Positions 50,532-59,764 of a stretch of 64,000 nt of DNA are shown here, in pieces (position 1 is the first letter of the stretch; the number at the start of each line of letters is the position of its first letter). Position numbers and translations under genes: made by a program. The stretch covers positions 151,657-215,656 of the IMG/VR virus record IMGVR_UViG_3300046694_000296. One strand, given 5' to 3'. Under the pieces are notes generated by a model. That model saw nothing but the letters and a program-made list of their open reading frames with translations, did no database searches and was not told the origin of the DNA.

Positions 50532-51086
50532 CTACCAGCCGCCCCATCGGTCATCGAGCAGCGGCGCCGTCTCGAGTAGCCGGCCGACGATCGCGGTCAT
50601 GGGTTCGTCCGACGATGCGAGCTCGTCCGCGGCCTGGCGGGACCGAATGGCGTCGCGCTCTTCTTCCCGCGCCCGCAGAATCCCCGCTTCACGTCCTTCC
50701 CGGGCCTCCCGCGCATCGGTGGTGACCCACTCGCCGCCGTCATACCCGTCGGACACCCACTTGAACTCCTTGCGCCAGTCGATCTGCGGCAGCCCCGCGG
50801 CCCGGCGCTCGAGTGCGGCCATCAGCGCGTCGATCATCGGCTCGTTCATATCGGCGGCCATCGCCCGGTATTGCCGCGCTGCCTCCTTCGGGTCGGTGAT
50901 CGGGAACCGTCCGCTCCACTTCGCCATCGCATCCATCAGGTTGCGGGGATCGGGCACGTAGCTCATGCGGCGCATGATCTCGCCCAGTGCCGCGACCTCG
51001 GTGCCGCGAGCGCCGAGTTTGATGTCGGCGAACGCATCGGGCATCTCGTTGCGCGCGTAGTTGATGACGTTCAGTAGCATGGACAC
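50532..51086 (-). CDS. hypothetical protein ending ...DDRWGGW
   Basis: GAGG RBS; TATACT on the minus strand at ~51121-51126. Confidence 0.65.
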   Translation of the reverse strand: MSMLLNVINYARNEMPDAFADIKLGARGTEVAALGEIMRRMSYVPDPRNLMDAMAKWSGRFPITDPKEAARQYRAMAADMNEPMIDALMAALERRAAGLPQIDWRKEFKWVSDGYDGGEWVTTDAREAREGREAGILRAREEERDAIRSRQAADELASSDEPMTAIVGRLLETAPLLDDRWGGW

Positions 51087-51157
51087 AGTGCAGACCTCGG
51101 AATTTGGCTTCTTACCATCGAGTATAGGGTTGCCCGGCGCTCCTGCCGCGGCAAAGA

Positions 51158-51180
51158 AAAACGGCGCCCGAAGGCGCCGT
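51158..51180 (-). terminator. minus-strand intrinsic terminator
   Basis: Minus strand reads ACGGCGCC-TTCG-GGCGCCGT then T-run. Confidence 0.75.
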
Positions 51181-51651
51181 CGATGATGGGTTACTAGACC
51201 GGCCAGAGATCAGCCGAAGCAGCAGTCATATGAAGCCCATCGGGTTCCCGGAACCACCATCGGCATCCTCGAGCTCGCGCTCGATGTGTTGGATGCGCGC
51301 AACCTGCTCGGGGTCTTGCATCACGGGCGGCTCGGGCATGAAGAACAGACCCATGAGCGCCAGTGCGTTGCCGGTGAGCGCCAGCGTGAGTGCGACGATC
51401 GCAATCACCCCGACGATGTGCAACACGAACAGCAGCGGAACACGTGAAGGGAACACAGCTTTCTCCTTGAAAAGTAAGCTGGCGCTTACTCTACGCGCTT
51501 CGGCGCCCGAACACAAACCCTGCGGCGAACACGCACCACAGGATTTGCCCTGCCACGGCGCCGGCCGTCCAGTGCCCACCGTGTTCGAACGCGAACAGCA
51601 GGCCCGCGATGGTCGCGCCGATGAAGCTGCCCATCAGGACGAGAAAAGGTT

Positions 51652-53370
51652 TCATGCTGCCTTCCTGAAAACGGAGTAGTCGAAGTCCTGCACGATGTTC
51701 TCGGCAAAGCCCGGGGTGTTCGCGATGATCGACATACGCTCCTTCTGGTGGTCGCGCAGGGTCGAGTTGACCGCTTCCTGATAGTCCACCACGAACGCGA
51801 TGTTCGGCCCGTTCTTCTTCTTGCGCAGCCCGCGCCCGATGCGCTGGCGGGTCTGCACCTCGGCCTTGCCCGCGCCAGCGAGCACGATCAGGCCCACGGC
51901 CGGCACATCGACCCCGACGTCCATGATCGAGGTGCCGATCACCGCATCGACCTTGCGGTCGCGCAGCGCGTTAAGCGCCGCCTTGCGCTCGTTCTGGTCG
52001 TTGGCGCCCTTGATGAACGCCACGCGCACGCCCGCTTGCGTGAGCATGTCCGAGAGGATGCGCCCGTGCTCGGTGCGCGACACCAGAATCATGCCCGGCA
52101 GGCCGTGCTGCTTCGCGCGGCTCACCTCGTAGACGATCGAGCGGTTGCGCTCCTCGTTGTGCACGACGCCGATCTCGTAGCACTTGGGCCACGGGGTCGA
52201 GCGAAAGAGCCGGTGCGTGACCATCTTGCCCCGGACCTCTTCCTGATAGAACGGGGCGGCTGTGCGCAGCTGCACGAACTTGAAGTAGGGCTTGGCGAGC
52301 ACGCCGAGGTCGATCAGTTGCTTCTCGGTGACGGTGATGGCCACAGGCCCGGAGCATGCCTCGAGGCGCAGGTTGTCCTCGGGCGAGTCCTTCATGAAGG
52401 GAGTGGCGGTCAGCGCGAGGCGGTAATGGGCGTTCACGCAGTGCCGCATGATCTCGTAGAAGCCGCTGCCCGACGCCTCGTGCGCTTCTTCGAGGATCAC
52501 GAACTCGACGGAGGCCAGGAACTTGATCATTTCCTCGCGCTTCCTGTTGTGTTCCGTGACCTTCGCCTGGATCTCGGCCACCACGTGTGCGTCGGGCGTG
52601 CGCTTCGCCTCGAGCTGCTGGCGCAGCGCGGTTGTCGCATCGGCGACCTGTGTCACTGGTAGCTTCTGCTTTTTCAGCTTCGCCTGCAGCTTCTCGACCT
52701 CGCGGTCTTCGGCGGCGTTGCGGTTCTTGATGAAGGCGAGCAATTCGCCCTCGTCGGTCCAGAGTTCAATCGCGGCGCTGATGGTCTGCACCATCCCGAG
52801 CGTGAACTGACGCGAAAAGTCCCGCTGGCTGTCGCCCACGACGCCCACGCGCTCGCCAAGGTTCTCGGTGACCGCATCGCCCATCTGATACATGAGGATG
52901 CCCCGCGTGGTTAGAAAAAGCGTCTTGCGGCCGATGCGCTTGTAGCAGATCCGGGCAATGCGCGACTTGCCGCCGCCGGTTGCCACGCGCGCGATGATGG
53001 CGCGGTGCTTGACCAGCTTGTCGGCCACCTCGGGCTGATAGTTGTAGGCCGGGTCGTAGCCGAACTCGTCGACCACCGGGCGCTCCGGGCCGAGTGGGGC
53101 GGGTGCGGGCTTCCTCACGAGATGGACCTTGTAGCCGGCCTTCAGGAGCGCCGCGTAGACCTTGTAGGTGAAGCCCGCCGGGAAGGTGTCATTGGCGAAG
53201 TCGTAGAAGCTCGATGAGCCGTCCCACGACGTTCCCTTGAATGCCTGCGTGTAGCTCGCGCCATCGACGAGGTAGGAGAGCTTCTCGCGCACGAGCAGCT
53301 TCGCCTCGCGCGACGCGCCGAGCAATTTTGCGTTCACCGCACCGGCGGCGAGAGTCAGTCCAGGTGTCAT
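51652..53370 (-). CDS. superfamily 2 helicase (UvsW/XPB-like)
   Basis: ATGGGKS, LEEAH (DEAH variant), LTATP, DVGVDVP, QRIGRGLR. Confidence 0.9.
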   Translation of the reverse strand: MTPGLTLAAGAVNAKLLGASREAKLLVREKLSYLVDGASYTQAFKGTSWDGSSSFYDFANDTFPAGFTYKVYAALLKAGYKVHLVRKPAPAPLGPERPVVDEFGYDPAYNYQPEVADKLVKHRAIIARVATGGGKSRIARICYKRIGRKTLFLTTRGILMYQMGDAVTENLGERVGVVGDSQRDFSRQFTLGMVQTISAAIELWTDEGELLAFIKNRNAAEDREVEKLQAKLKKQKLPVTQVADATTALRQQLEAKRTPDAHVVAEIQAKVTEHNRKREEMIKFLASVEFVILEEAHEASGSGFYEIMRHCVNAHYRLALTATPFMKDSPEDNLRLEACSGPVAITVTEKQLIDLGVLAKPYFKFVQLRTAAPFYQEEVRGKMVTHRLFRSTPWPKCYEIGVVHNEERNRSIVYEVSRAKQHGLPGMILVSRTEHGRILSDMLTQAGVRVAFIKGANDQNERKAALNALRDRKVDAVIGTSIMDVGVDVPAVGLIVLAGAGKAEVQTRQRIGRGLRKKKNGPNIAFVVDYQEAVNSTLRDHQKERMSIIANTPGFAENIVQDFDYSVFRKAA

Positions 53371-53371
53371 T

Positions 53372-54019
53372 TCAATAAACCGTGTGTTTGCGGATCGGGG
53401 TGTTGATCGCTTTTTCGTGGGACCAGCCTTTCTTGAGCCGGTAGCGAAGGGCCTGTGTCGAGCATCCGATCTCCCGCGCCCATGCTTCCATAGGCTGCGT
53501 GCGCCCGTTCGCGGTCAGCAGAACCGTTGTGCTCATGTTCGCGCCCTGTTCTTGGCGCGTCGCCCATCGACAGTTGGAGGGTTCGTAGTTGCCATCGACC
53601 TCGTTTCGTTCGAGTGTGGTGCCGCGCGAACGCGGCCCCATGTCGGCATAGAAGTTCTCGAACGTCTTCCACCGCTCGCAGACTGTGATGCCGCGGCCGC
53701 CGTATCGCTCGTAGCCATTGCAGCGGGGATCACCGGTGCGATAGAGCATCGCCTGCCACGTCCGGTATTCAGGCGTGTCGGCCATACCGTGCGTGCGCCG
53801 ACAGTCGCCGCTCTTTGCAACCTCAAGCTGCAGGCAGCCGCACGACCGCACCTTGCCGCGCTTCAAATCCGCGCTCGCGGCGGTGTGCTCCTTCCCGCAA
53901 TCGCACACGCACATCCATTTTTCGCTGCCCGCATACGACAGCGCGCGCAGGCGCCCGAACTGTTTATTCGTCAGGTCTTGGGGCTTAGGCCCGCTTTTCT
54001 TCTTGCCGGTCGATTCCAT
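53372..54019 (-). CDS. free-standing HNH-like endonuclease
   Basis: DLTNKQFGRL, W.C.CDCG, SCGC, YGGRGITVCERW..FENFYADMG, LER..VDGNYEPSNCRWAT..EQ.AN. Confidence 0.85.
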   Translation of the reverse strand: MESTGKKKSGPKPQDLTNKQFGRLRALSYAGSEKWMCVCDCGKEHTAASADLKRGKVRSCGCLQLEVAKSGDCRRTHGMADTPEYRTWQAMLYRTGDPRCNGYERYGGRGITVCERWKTFENFYADMGPRSRGTTLERNEVDGNYEPSNCRWATRQEQGANMSTTVLLTANGRTQPMEAWAREIGCSTQALRYRLKKGWSHEKAINTPIRKHTVY

Positions 54020-54059
54020 GTGTGGAAAAATGAGTAACGCGTGACTTACCTTATACCAG

Positions 54060-54707
54060 ATGACAACTACTCCGACAGCTCTCCGTGTTTCCGTTGACGC
54101 GCTTCGTGCAAATCCGTGGAACACCAACAGCCTCACACCCGAGAACGAAGCGAAGCTCGATGCTTCCATCGTGCGCTTCGGCGTCTACAAGCCGATCGTC
54201 GTGCGCCCGCACCCGGACGGCGAGGGCTACGAAATTCTGGGCGGTCAGCATCGGTGGGAGGCAGCGCGCCGCGCGGGCCACGCTGATGTGCTGATCGTCA
54301 ACGTCGGCCCCGTGTCTGATCTGACGGCCAAAGAGATTGGCCTCGTCGACAACGGCCGCTACGGCGAAGACGACACGCTGGCGCTCTCGCGCTTGCTCAA
54401 GGAGATGGGCGTCGAGGACATCGGCACCTTCCTTCCCTACACCGACGGCGAGCTGGAAAACATTCTCGCTGCTTCAAGTATAGATCTCGACGACCTAGAC
54501 AAGCTGGATGAGGCCGAAATGCCTGATCTGTCGGGTCCGGGCGTGGGCGCCACGCATCAGGTGATGCGCTTCAAGGTGCCTGTCGAGGATGTCGCGTGGG
54601 TCACGAGCGCCATCGAGCGCCGCCAGCGCGAGGCCGGTTTCACCACCGAAGACTCCATGACGAACGCCGGCATGGCCTTCGTCGATCTGATGAAGGCATA
54701 CAAATGA
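54060..54707 (+). CDS. ParB/Srx N-terminal-domain protein
   Basis: LRANPWNTN, GVYKPIVVRP, EILGGQHRWEAA; no obvious HTH. Confidence 0.8.
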   Translation: MTTTPTALRVSVDALRANPWNTNSLTPENEAKLDASIVRFGVYKPIVVRPHPDGEGYEILGGQHRWEAARRAGHADVLIVNVGPVSDLTAKEIGLVDNGRYGEDDTLALSRLLKEMGVEDIGTFLPYTDGELENILAASSIDLDDLDKLDEAEMPDLSGPGVGATHQVMRFKVPVEDVAWVTSAIERRQREAGFTTEDSMTNAGMAFVDLMKAYK

Positions 54708-55168
54708 TCCGCTACATCGGCACCAAGGTCATTCTCGCGCGCCCCATGACGCGCGGCGCATACAACGACTATCGAGGCTGGACGATTCCCGCCAACGAAG
54801 ACCCGCTTGAAGAAGGCTATCTCGTCGAATACACGGACGGCGGTGCGTCGAACCACGTCAACCACGCGGGCTATGTCTCCTGGAGCCCCAAGGACGTGTT
54901 CGAGGCAGCCTACCGACCCACCGTCGGCATGAGCTTCGGTATGGCTATCGAGGCGATGAAGATAGGCATGCGCGTCGCACGCGTGGGCTGGAACGGCAAG
55001 GGCATGTTCCTTGAGCTTTTCAGCCCATCCGGTGCCGGCCTCATTCTCCAATCGGGCGAGAGCATCTCCGAGCTTCCGTGGATCGGTATGAAGACCGTCG
55101 AGGGCAAGTTCGTGCCTTGGTTCGCATCGCAGGCTGACATGCTCTCGGACGACTGGATCACGGTATGA
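54704..55168 (+). CDS. DUF2829/Tad2-like domain with an extra N-terminal domain
   Basis: C-half MSFGMAIEAMKIGMRVARVGWNGKGMFL...VPWFASQADMLSDDW; N-half YIGTK...GYLVEY...YVSWSPKDVFEAAY. Confidence 0.75.
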   Translation: MIRYIGTKVILARPMTRGAYNDYRGWTIPANEDPLEEGYLVEYTDGGASNHVNHAGYVSWSPKDVFEAAYRPTVGMSFGMAIEAMKIGMRVARVGWNGKGMFLELFSPSGAGLILQSGESISELPWIGMKTVEGKFVPWFASQADMLSDDWITV

Positions 55169-55434
55169 GCAAGCCATACGGTTTCGCCGCTATCCCGCGC
55201 GCCGAGTTTCTCTACCCGGAGTGCGAGTCCTGCTACTTCCACAACCTCGAGCCTGCCATCTGCGAGAACTGCGACAACGGCGATCAATACGAGCCGGATG
55301 ACGACCTCGAAGACAAGCTCTCCGAGCGCAAGGCCGCCATCGTGCGGTTCTTCCGCAAGATCAGAACACCCCTGCCGGCCGAGTTCCTGCAAGACGAACT
55401 GCCGGTGCCCGAAAAGGAGCTCGAAGCAGCATGA
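55165..55434 (+). CDS. small Cys-rich protein
   Basis: CESC...CENC; coupled on both sides. Confidence 0.6.
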   Translation: MSKPYGFAAIPRAEFLYPECESCYFHNLEPAICENCDNGDQYEPDDDLEDKLSERKAAIVRFFRKIRTPLPAEFLQDELPVPEKELEAA

Positions 55435-56075
55435 GCCAAGTCACCCGAACCAATGAAGTGCGTGCGGTCGCCGACCTCGTGCCGTATGCGAAGAACGTCA
55501 AGAAGCACGACGACGCGCAGGTCGCCAAGATCATCGAGTCGGTCCAGCAATTCGGCTGGACGCAGCCCATCGTGATCGACGAAGCCAACGTCATCATCGC
55601 CGGCCACGGCCGGCGCCTGGCGGCCACCAAGCTCGGCATGAAGCAGGTGCCGGTGCTCGTGCTGCGCGGCCTGACCGATGAGCAGAAGCGCGCGCTGCGC
55701 CTGGCCGACAACCGCACGAACGAGGGCGGCATCGACACGCTCATGTTCCGCGAGGAGATGCTTGGCATCGAGGATCTGCTCACCGGCATCTTCGACACGA
55801 AGGAGCTCGAGTTCTCGGCGGCCGATCTGGGCACGCTCAACGAGGCTGCCTTCGTGCCCGACGTCGCGGAAGCGGTCGAGATGCAGGAGATGGAAGCGCA
55901 CGCGAAGGCCGATGAAGTCGTTGCGCGCCGCGTGCCGCTCTCCAAGGCATTCGGCTTCAAGGACGTGGCCGGCGCGCACGAGATCCACATCTCGCGCTTC
56001 ATGGCGCGTGCGCAGGCCGAAACCGGGTTGACGGGCGCCGACGCGCTCGCGGCTTTCCTCGAAACCCTCGCGTAA
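55431..56075 (+). CDS. ParB/Srx N-terminal-domain protein (type often fused to phage DNA-modifying enzymes)
   Basis: LVPYAKNVKKH...QFGWTQPIVID..IIAGHGR..AA..LG...LRLADN. Confidence 0.85.
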   Translation: MSQVTRTNEVRAVADLVPYAKNVKKHDDAQVAKIIESVQQFGWTQPIVIDEANVIIAGHGRRLAATKLGMKQVPVLVLRGLTDEQKRALRLADNRTNEGGIDTLMFREEMLGIEDLLTGIFDTKELEFSAADLGTLNEAAFVPDVAEAVEMQEMEAHAKADEVVARRVPLSKAFGFKDVAGAHEIHISRFMARAQAETGLTGADALAAFLETLA

Positions 56076-56089
56076 GTAACCCGTAACTC

Positions 56090-56806
56090 ATGACCACATA
56101 CACCATCGACAAGCGCTTCCACACGCGCGTCGCGCGCAGCCAGCGCGTCGTGGAAGTCGCTGAAGCGTTCGGCCTTGGGCTGGACGACAAGGAATTCGTG
56201 ATCTTCGACCAGCTGAAGCTGGACGTCGCGCAAGGCGACGTGATCTACATCACCGGCCAGTCCGGCAGCGGCAAGTCGCTGCTCCTGCGCGAGCTGTCCG
56301 CGCAGATGGCCGCCGAAGGCCAGAAGGTCGCGAACCTCGATGAGGTGGCGATCGACCCGGATGCGCCGCTCATCGACCAGATCGGCACCAGCACGAACGA
56401 TGCGATCCGGCTGCTCTCGATTGCCGGCCTGAACGACGCGTATCTCTTCATCCGCAAGCCCGGCGAGCTCTCCGACGGCCAGCGCTACCGCTTCAAGCTC
56501 GCCAAAGCCATCGAGTCGCAGGCCGACGTCTGGGTCGCTGACGAGTTCATGGCGGTGCTCGACCGGACCGCGGCCAAGGTGATCGCGTATGCCGTGCAGA
56601 AGACCGCGCGCAAGGTCAACGCGACCGTGATCGTTGCGACTACCCACCTCGACCTCGTGGAAGACCTGCAGCCGTCGCTCTACATCGAAAAAAGGTATCG
56701 AGAAAAGCTGCGCATCGAAGCATTCACCGACCTCAACGCGGCGGCCGAAGGCTCGAAGACCCTCACGCGCGATGAAGCCTACGACCTCATGAAAAGGATG
56801 GCCTGA
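56090..56806 (+). CDS. stand-alone ABC ATPase
   Basis: GQSGSGKS, LSDGQRYR, VADEF, ATTH; no permease nearby. Confidence 0.85.
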   Translation: MTTYTIDKRFHTRVARSQRVVEVAEAFGLGLDDKEFVIFDQLKLDVAQGDVIYITGQSGSGKSLLLRELSAQMAAEGQKVANLDEVAIDPDAPLIDQIGTSTNDAIRLLSIAGLNDAYLFIRKPGELSDGQRYRFKLAKAIESQADVWVADEFMAVLDRTAAKVIAYAVQKTARKVNATVIVATTHLDLVEDLQPSLYIEKRYREKLRIEAFTDLNAAAEGSKTLTRDEAYDLMKRMA

Positions 56807-57135
56807 TGAACCCGAAGTATGAAGCGGCGCTCGAAGCGTCGAAGACCCGCCCGCAAGTCGTGATTTTCACGGCAGCCTGGTGCGGCCCGTGCAAGCTGCT
56901 CAAGCCCGCGCTGCAGGCGCTCAAGGCCGACTACGGCTTTGACTATCACGAGTTCGACGCAGCGGAGTTCGAGCAGGCGGAGTTGCTGACGCTCGGCGTG
57001 CGCAACGTGCCGAACGTGCGCGTGCTCCTGAACACCGTCGTGAAGGCACAGTTCGTCGGCGCGCGCACGAAGGCGCAGGTCGAGGACTGGCTCACGGAGC
57101 TGGGCGTCATCTCGCGCGGACTGAGCTTCGAATGA
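56806..57135 (+). CDS. thioredoxin
   Basis: FTAAWCGPCK, GVRNVP. Confidence 0.9.
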   Translation: MNPKYEAALEASKTRPQVVIFTAAWCGPCKLLKPALQALKADYGFDYHEFDAAEFEQAELLTLGVRNVPNVRVLLNTVVKAQFVGARTKAQVEDWLTELGVISRGLSFE

Positions 57136-58109
57136 GCGCGCCGGCGACCGCGGTGCCGATCGAGTTCGACACCGACATCGACAACCTCACACTCGGCTGG
57201 CGCGATCCGGCGGCCGGCACGCGGCCGCTCTCGCTCATGAAGCACATGTATGTCGAGCGCGGCACGCTGGAAGACTGGCAACTGCTGCACGAGCTCCACT
57301 ACAAGGCGAGCAACAACGGCATCGGCCCGCGCTACGTGCGTCTGGTGATCGACGACGGCGTGGAGCCGGCGCTCACCATCGGCGTGATGGTGTTCACGGT
57401 GCCCAAGCCCCTGGACTCGGGCCGCAATCAGGTGTTTCCGCACCTGCGGCCGAACCAGAACGGGCGCGACAACCGGCTCATCAACGTGCAGCGCATGGCG
57501 TGGATCAACAAGAACCTGATCCTGTCCTCGCGCACGGTGCTCGACACGATGTATCGCGGCGGCGGCATCGCCTACCGCTTCAAGAACATCGGCTACCGGC
57601 TGATGGGCTTCCGCTATGTCGAGAGCCGCAGCTCGATGAGCCGCTACAACCCGTTCTCCATCAAGGCGGGCATGCGCTTCGTGAAGCCGAAGTCGGCGCC
57701 GGCGTTCGAGACGGGCCTCGCGTTTTTCGCGCGGCACTTCAAGAGCCCGGCCTACGACTACGTGGCGATCAAGGCCGAGATCGAGGCGATGCCCGACTAC
57801 CTGCGCGAGCACACGCTCAAGGAGCTGCGCGCCTTCTACTACCGCAACAGCTCGATGGAAAAGTCGGGCGACAACCGGTTGAACGGCACCTCCCGCGTCG
57901 AGCAGATGGAGCTCGGCTACCTGCTCAAGCAGACCCAGCAGCTCGTGTTCGGCGCGACCGTCTATGCCGCGTGGGCGAACCCTGACTGGGATCCAACGAC
58001 GCAGGCCATGCGCGCGCTGCCCGCGCGTATCCCGCTTTCCGCATTCGACAACCAAGCGGTCGATGAACCGCTGCGACTGGACCTTCTGGAGACACACCAT
58101 GACGCTTAA
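57132..58109 (+). CDS. GNAT-fold acyltransferase (ABC-ATPase-associated, possibly DNA-modifying)
   Basis: LHY, SRTVLDTMYRGGGIA (acyl-CoA motif A), SMSRYNPF..KAGM. Confidence 0.65.
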   Translation: MSAPATAVPIEFDTDIDNLTLGWRDPAAGTRPLSLMKHMYVERGTLEDWQLLHELHYKASNNGIGPRYVRLVIDDGVEPALTIGVMVFTVPKPLDSGRNQVFPHLRPNQNGRDNRLINVQRMAWINKNLILSSRTVLDTMYRGGGIAYRFKNIGYRLMGFRYVESRSSMSRYNPFSIKAGMRFVKPKSAPAFETGLAFFARHFKSPAYDYVAIKAEIEAMPDYLREHTLKELRAFYYRNSSMEKSGDNRLNGTSRVEQMELGYLLKQTQQLVFGATVYAAWANPDWDPTTQAMRALPARIPLSAFDNQAVDEPLRLDLLETHHDA

Positions 58110-58322
58110 AACGACTGCCAAGACGCTGTGCGTAGTGGGCACCAAGGGCGCGCTCTCGCCCTGGACGATGGAAACGGTCGACGACGTGGCCGACGTGCGC
58201 GGCAAGGCGTATGACTTCGTGATCTGGGCGCGCACCCCCTCGAAAGAGGAATACGAGGCCGTGGCCGCGACGCTGAAGGGCTCGGAGTATGGCGACCACT
58301 TCTGGACCTGCCGGCGGCCGCG

Positions 58323-58760
58323 ATGAACCTCACGATCAAGCAGATCGAGATCATGAAAGTGGTGGCCGCAGCCACCGCTGCCGAGCCGGTCGATCTGGAT
58401 CAGCTGCTCGAACGCCTGCCCTACGCGACCACCAAGGAGAGCCTGCAGTTCTCCTTGCGTGCGATCGAGCGGCACGGGCTGATCGACCGCAGCCACGCCG
58501 AGCACCGCCGCGGGCGTCTGCGGCGGCTCGTCAAGCCTACGGATATGGGGCGCGCGGTGATTGGCGGAACCGGCAGGCCGGCGCCCGGGCCGGGCTCTTC
58601 GATCGGAACGAAGTCGGACGAACCGCAGTTTGTGGCGAGCTCCGATCCGCGACTCATGGAAGAAGTAACGCAGGACTTACCGGAGCCGGAGCTTCTTTCT
58701 CTCCCGGAGCTGTCTCTTCCCGAGCCGGTGCCTTTCCTCGAAGAAGAGTTTATTGATTAA
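58323..58760 (+). CDS. winged-helix DNA-binding protein with acidic tail
   Basis: LTIKQIEIM...LDQLLERL..TKESLQFSLRAIERHGLI...R.LVKPT..G. Confidence 0.7.
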   Translation: MNLTIKQIEIMKVVAAATAAEPVDLDQLLERLPYATTKESLQFSLRAIERHGLIDRSHAEHRRGRLRRLVKPTDMGRAVIGGTGRPAPGPGSSIGTKSDEPQFVASSDPRLMEEVTQDLPEPELLSLPELSLPEPVPFLEEEFID

Positions 58761-58900
58761 AAAGTAAGCATTTTTTGTAGTTTTTACCACTTGTCACTTT
58801 TTCGGTTTCCCTCTTATATATAACCTTCTTTTTTATACATAGTAAAAAACTACATTCTAAAAACTATGGGAAACCCCAAAAAGTGACAAGTAAGTAAGGA
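58761..58900. repeat. AT-rich region with two interleaved inverted repeats
   Basis: 58789-58811 pairs with 58868-58891; 58776-58787 pairs with 58842-58854. Confidence 0.8.
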
Positions 58901-59077
58901 ACATGAAAGGATAGAGAGCACGATGAGATCAGGACCGCGGGCGGGAAATGCTGCCCAAAGAAGTAAGTCACGGGTTATTTACTTTCGGCCCGCGGCCCGG
59001 TATAGTCTGCCCTTAGAGAAACACCTCCAAGGGGCAGACCGAGCAACGGCTGCCCCATTTTTTTTGCTTGAGAGCCA

Positions 59078-59764
59078 GTGATGACGGATACGACGACCGA
59101 GCCGAAAAAGACCGGTGGCCGCAAGCCCGGCAGCCGCTCGCTTTCAGAAAAGCAAAAGGCCGAGGCGTGCGCGCTCTATGCTGCGGGCGAACTGACGATT
59201 GAGCAGCTTGCCACGCGCTACCAGCGCACCCCGCGTGCGATGAGCGCGATGTTCTCGAAGGCGGGCGTGAAGAAGGGCGAGAAGCGCGCCGAAGTGCAAG
59301 CCGCTGTCACCCAGCAGGTCAACCAGCAGATCGCGGGCGACGCGGCGGTGATGGCCGGCAAGATTCGCGAGACGAAGGACTCGCACTACGCGGCAGCGAA
59401 GGTCATCGCGGGCCTGATCCAGAAGCAGCTCGTCAATGCGCAGTCGCAGGGCAAGCCGTTCGCCACCGTCCAGAACGAGATCAAGACGCTCAAGCTCGCG
59501 GCCGAGGCGCTCGCCACGCTGCGCGAGGAGCGCTTTGTGATCCTCGGCATTGCCGACGGTGAGAAAGACGAGAACAACGAGCTGCCGGAGCTGGGCATTC
59601 ACGAAATGACCGCCGAGCAAATCCTCGAGATGCAGTCGCGGCAGGACGACGGCGGCCTGGACCTGAGCCCGGACGAAGACGCAATGCCGGTGCTGCCGTC
59701 GCCGGCCGAAGAAGAGGGCGTGGCCGACGCAATCGACATCGAGGACGACGATGCGGGTGCGTGA
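59078..59764 (+). CDS. terminase small subunit (putative)
   Basis: N-terminal HTH, coiled coil, acidic tail; directly upstream of terL. Confidence 0.65.
   Translation: MMTDTTTEPKKTGGRKPGSRSLSEKQKAEACALYAAGELTIEQLATRYQRTPRAMSAMFSKAGVKKGEKRAEVQAAVTQQVNQQIAGDAAVMAGKIRETKDSHYAAAKVIAGLIQKQLVNAQSQGKPFATVQNEIKTLKLAAEALATLREERFVILGIADGEKDENNELPELGIHEMTAEQILEMQSRQDDGGLDLSPDEDAMPVLPSPAEEEGVADAIDIEDDDAGA

Noticed and set aside
51473-51490. AGTAAG-CTGGCG-CTTACT as an operator copy
   Set aside because: Spacer of 6 rather than 2 and altered half-sites; not counted among the motif copies
54060-56075. ParABS plasmid partition system
   Set aside because: Both proteins have only the ParB/Srx N-domain; no HTH, no ParA and no parS array seen
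56090-56806. ABC transporter
   Set aside because: No permease or binding protein; coupled to thioredoxin and GNAT genes
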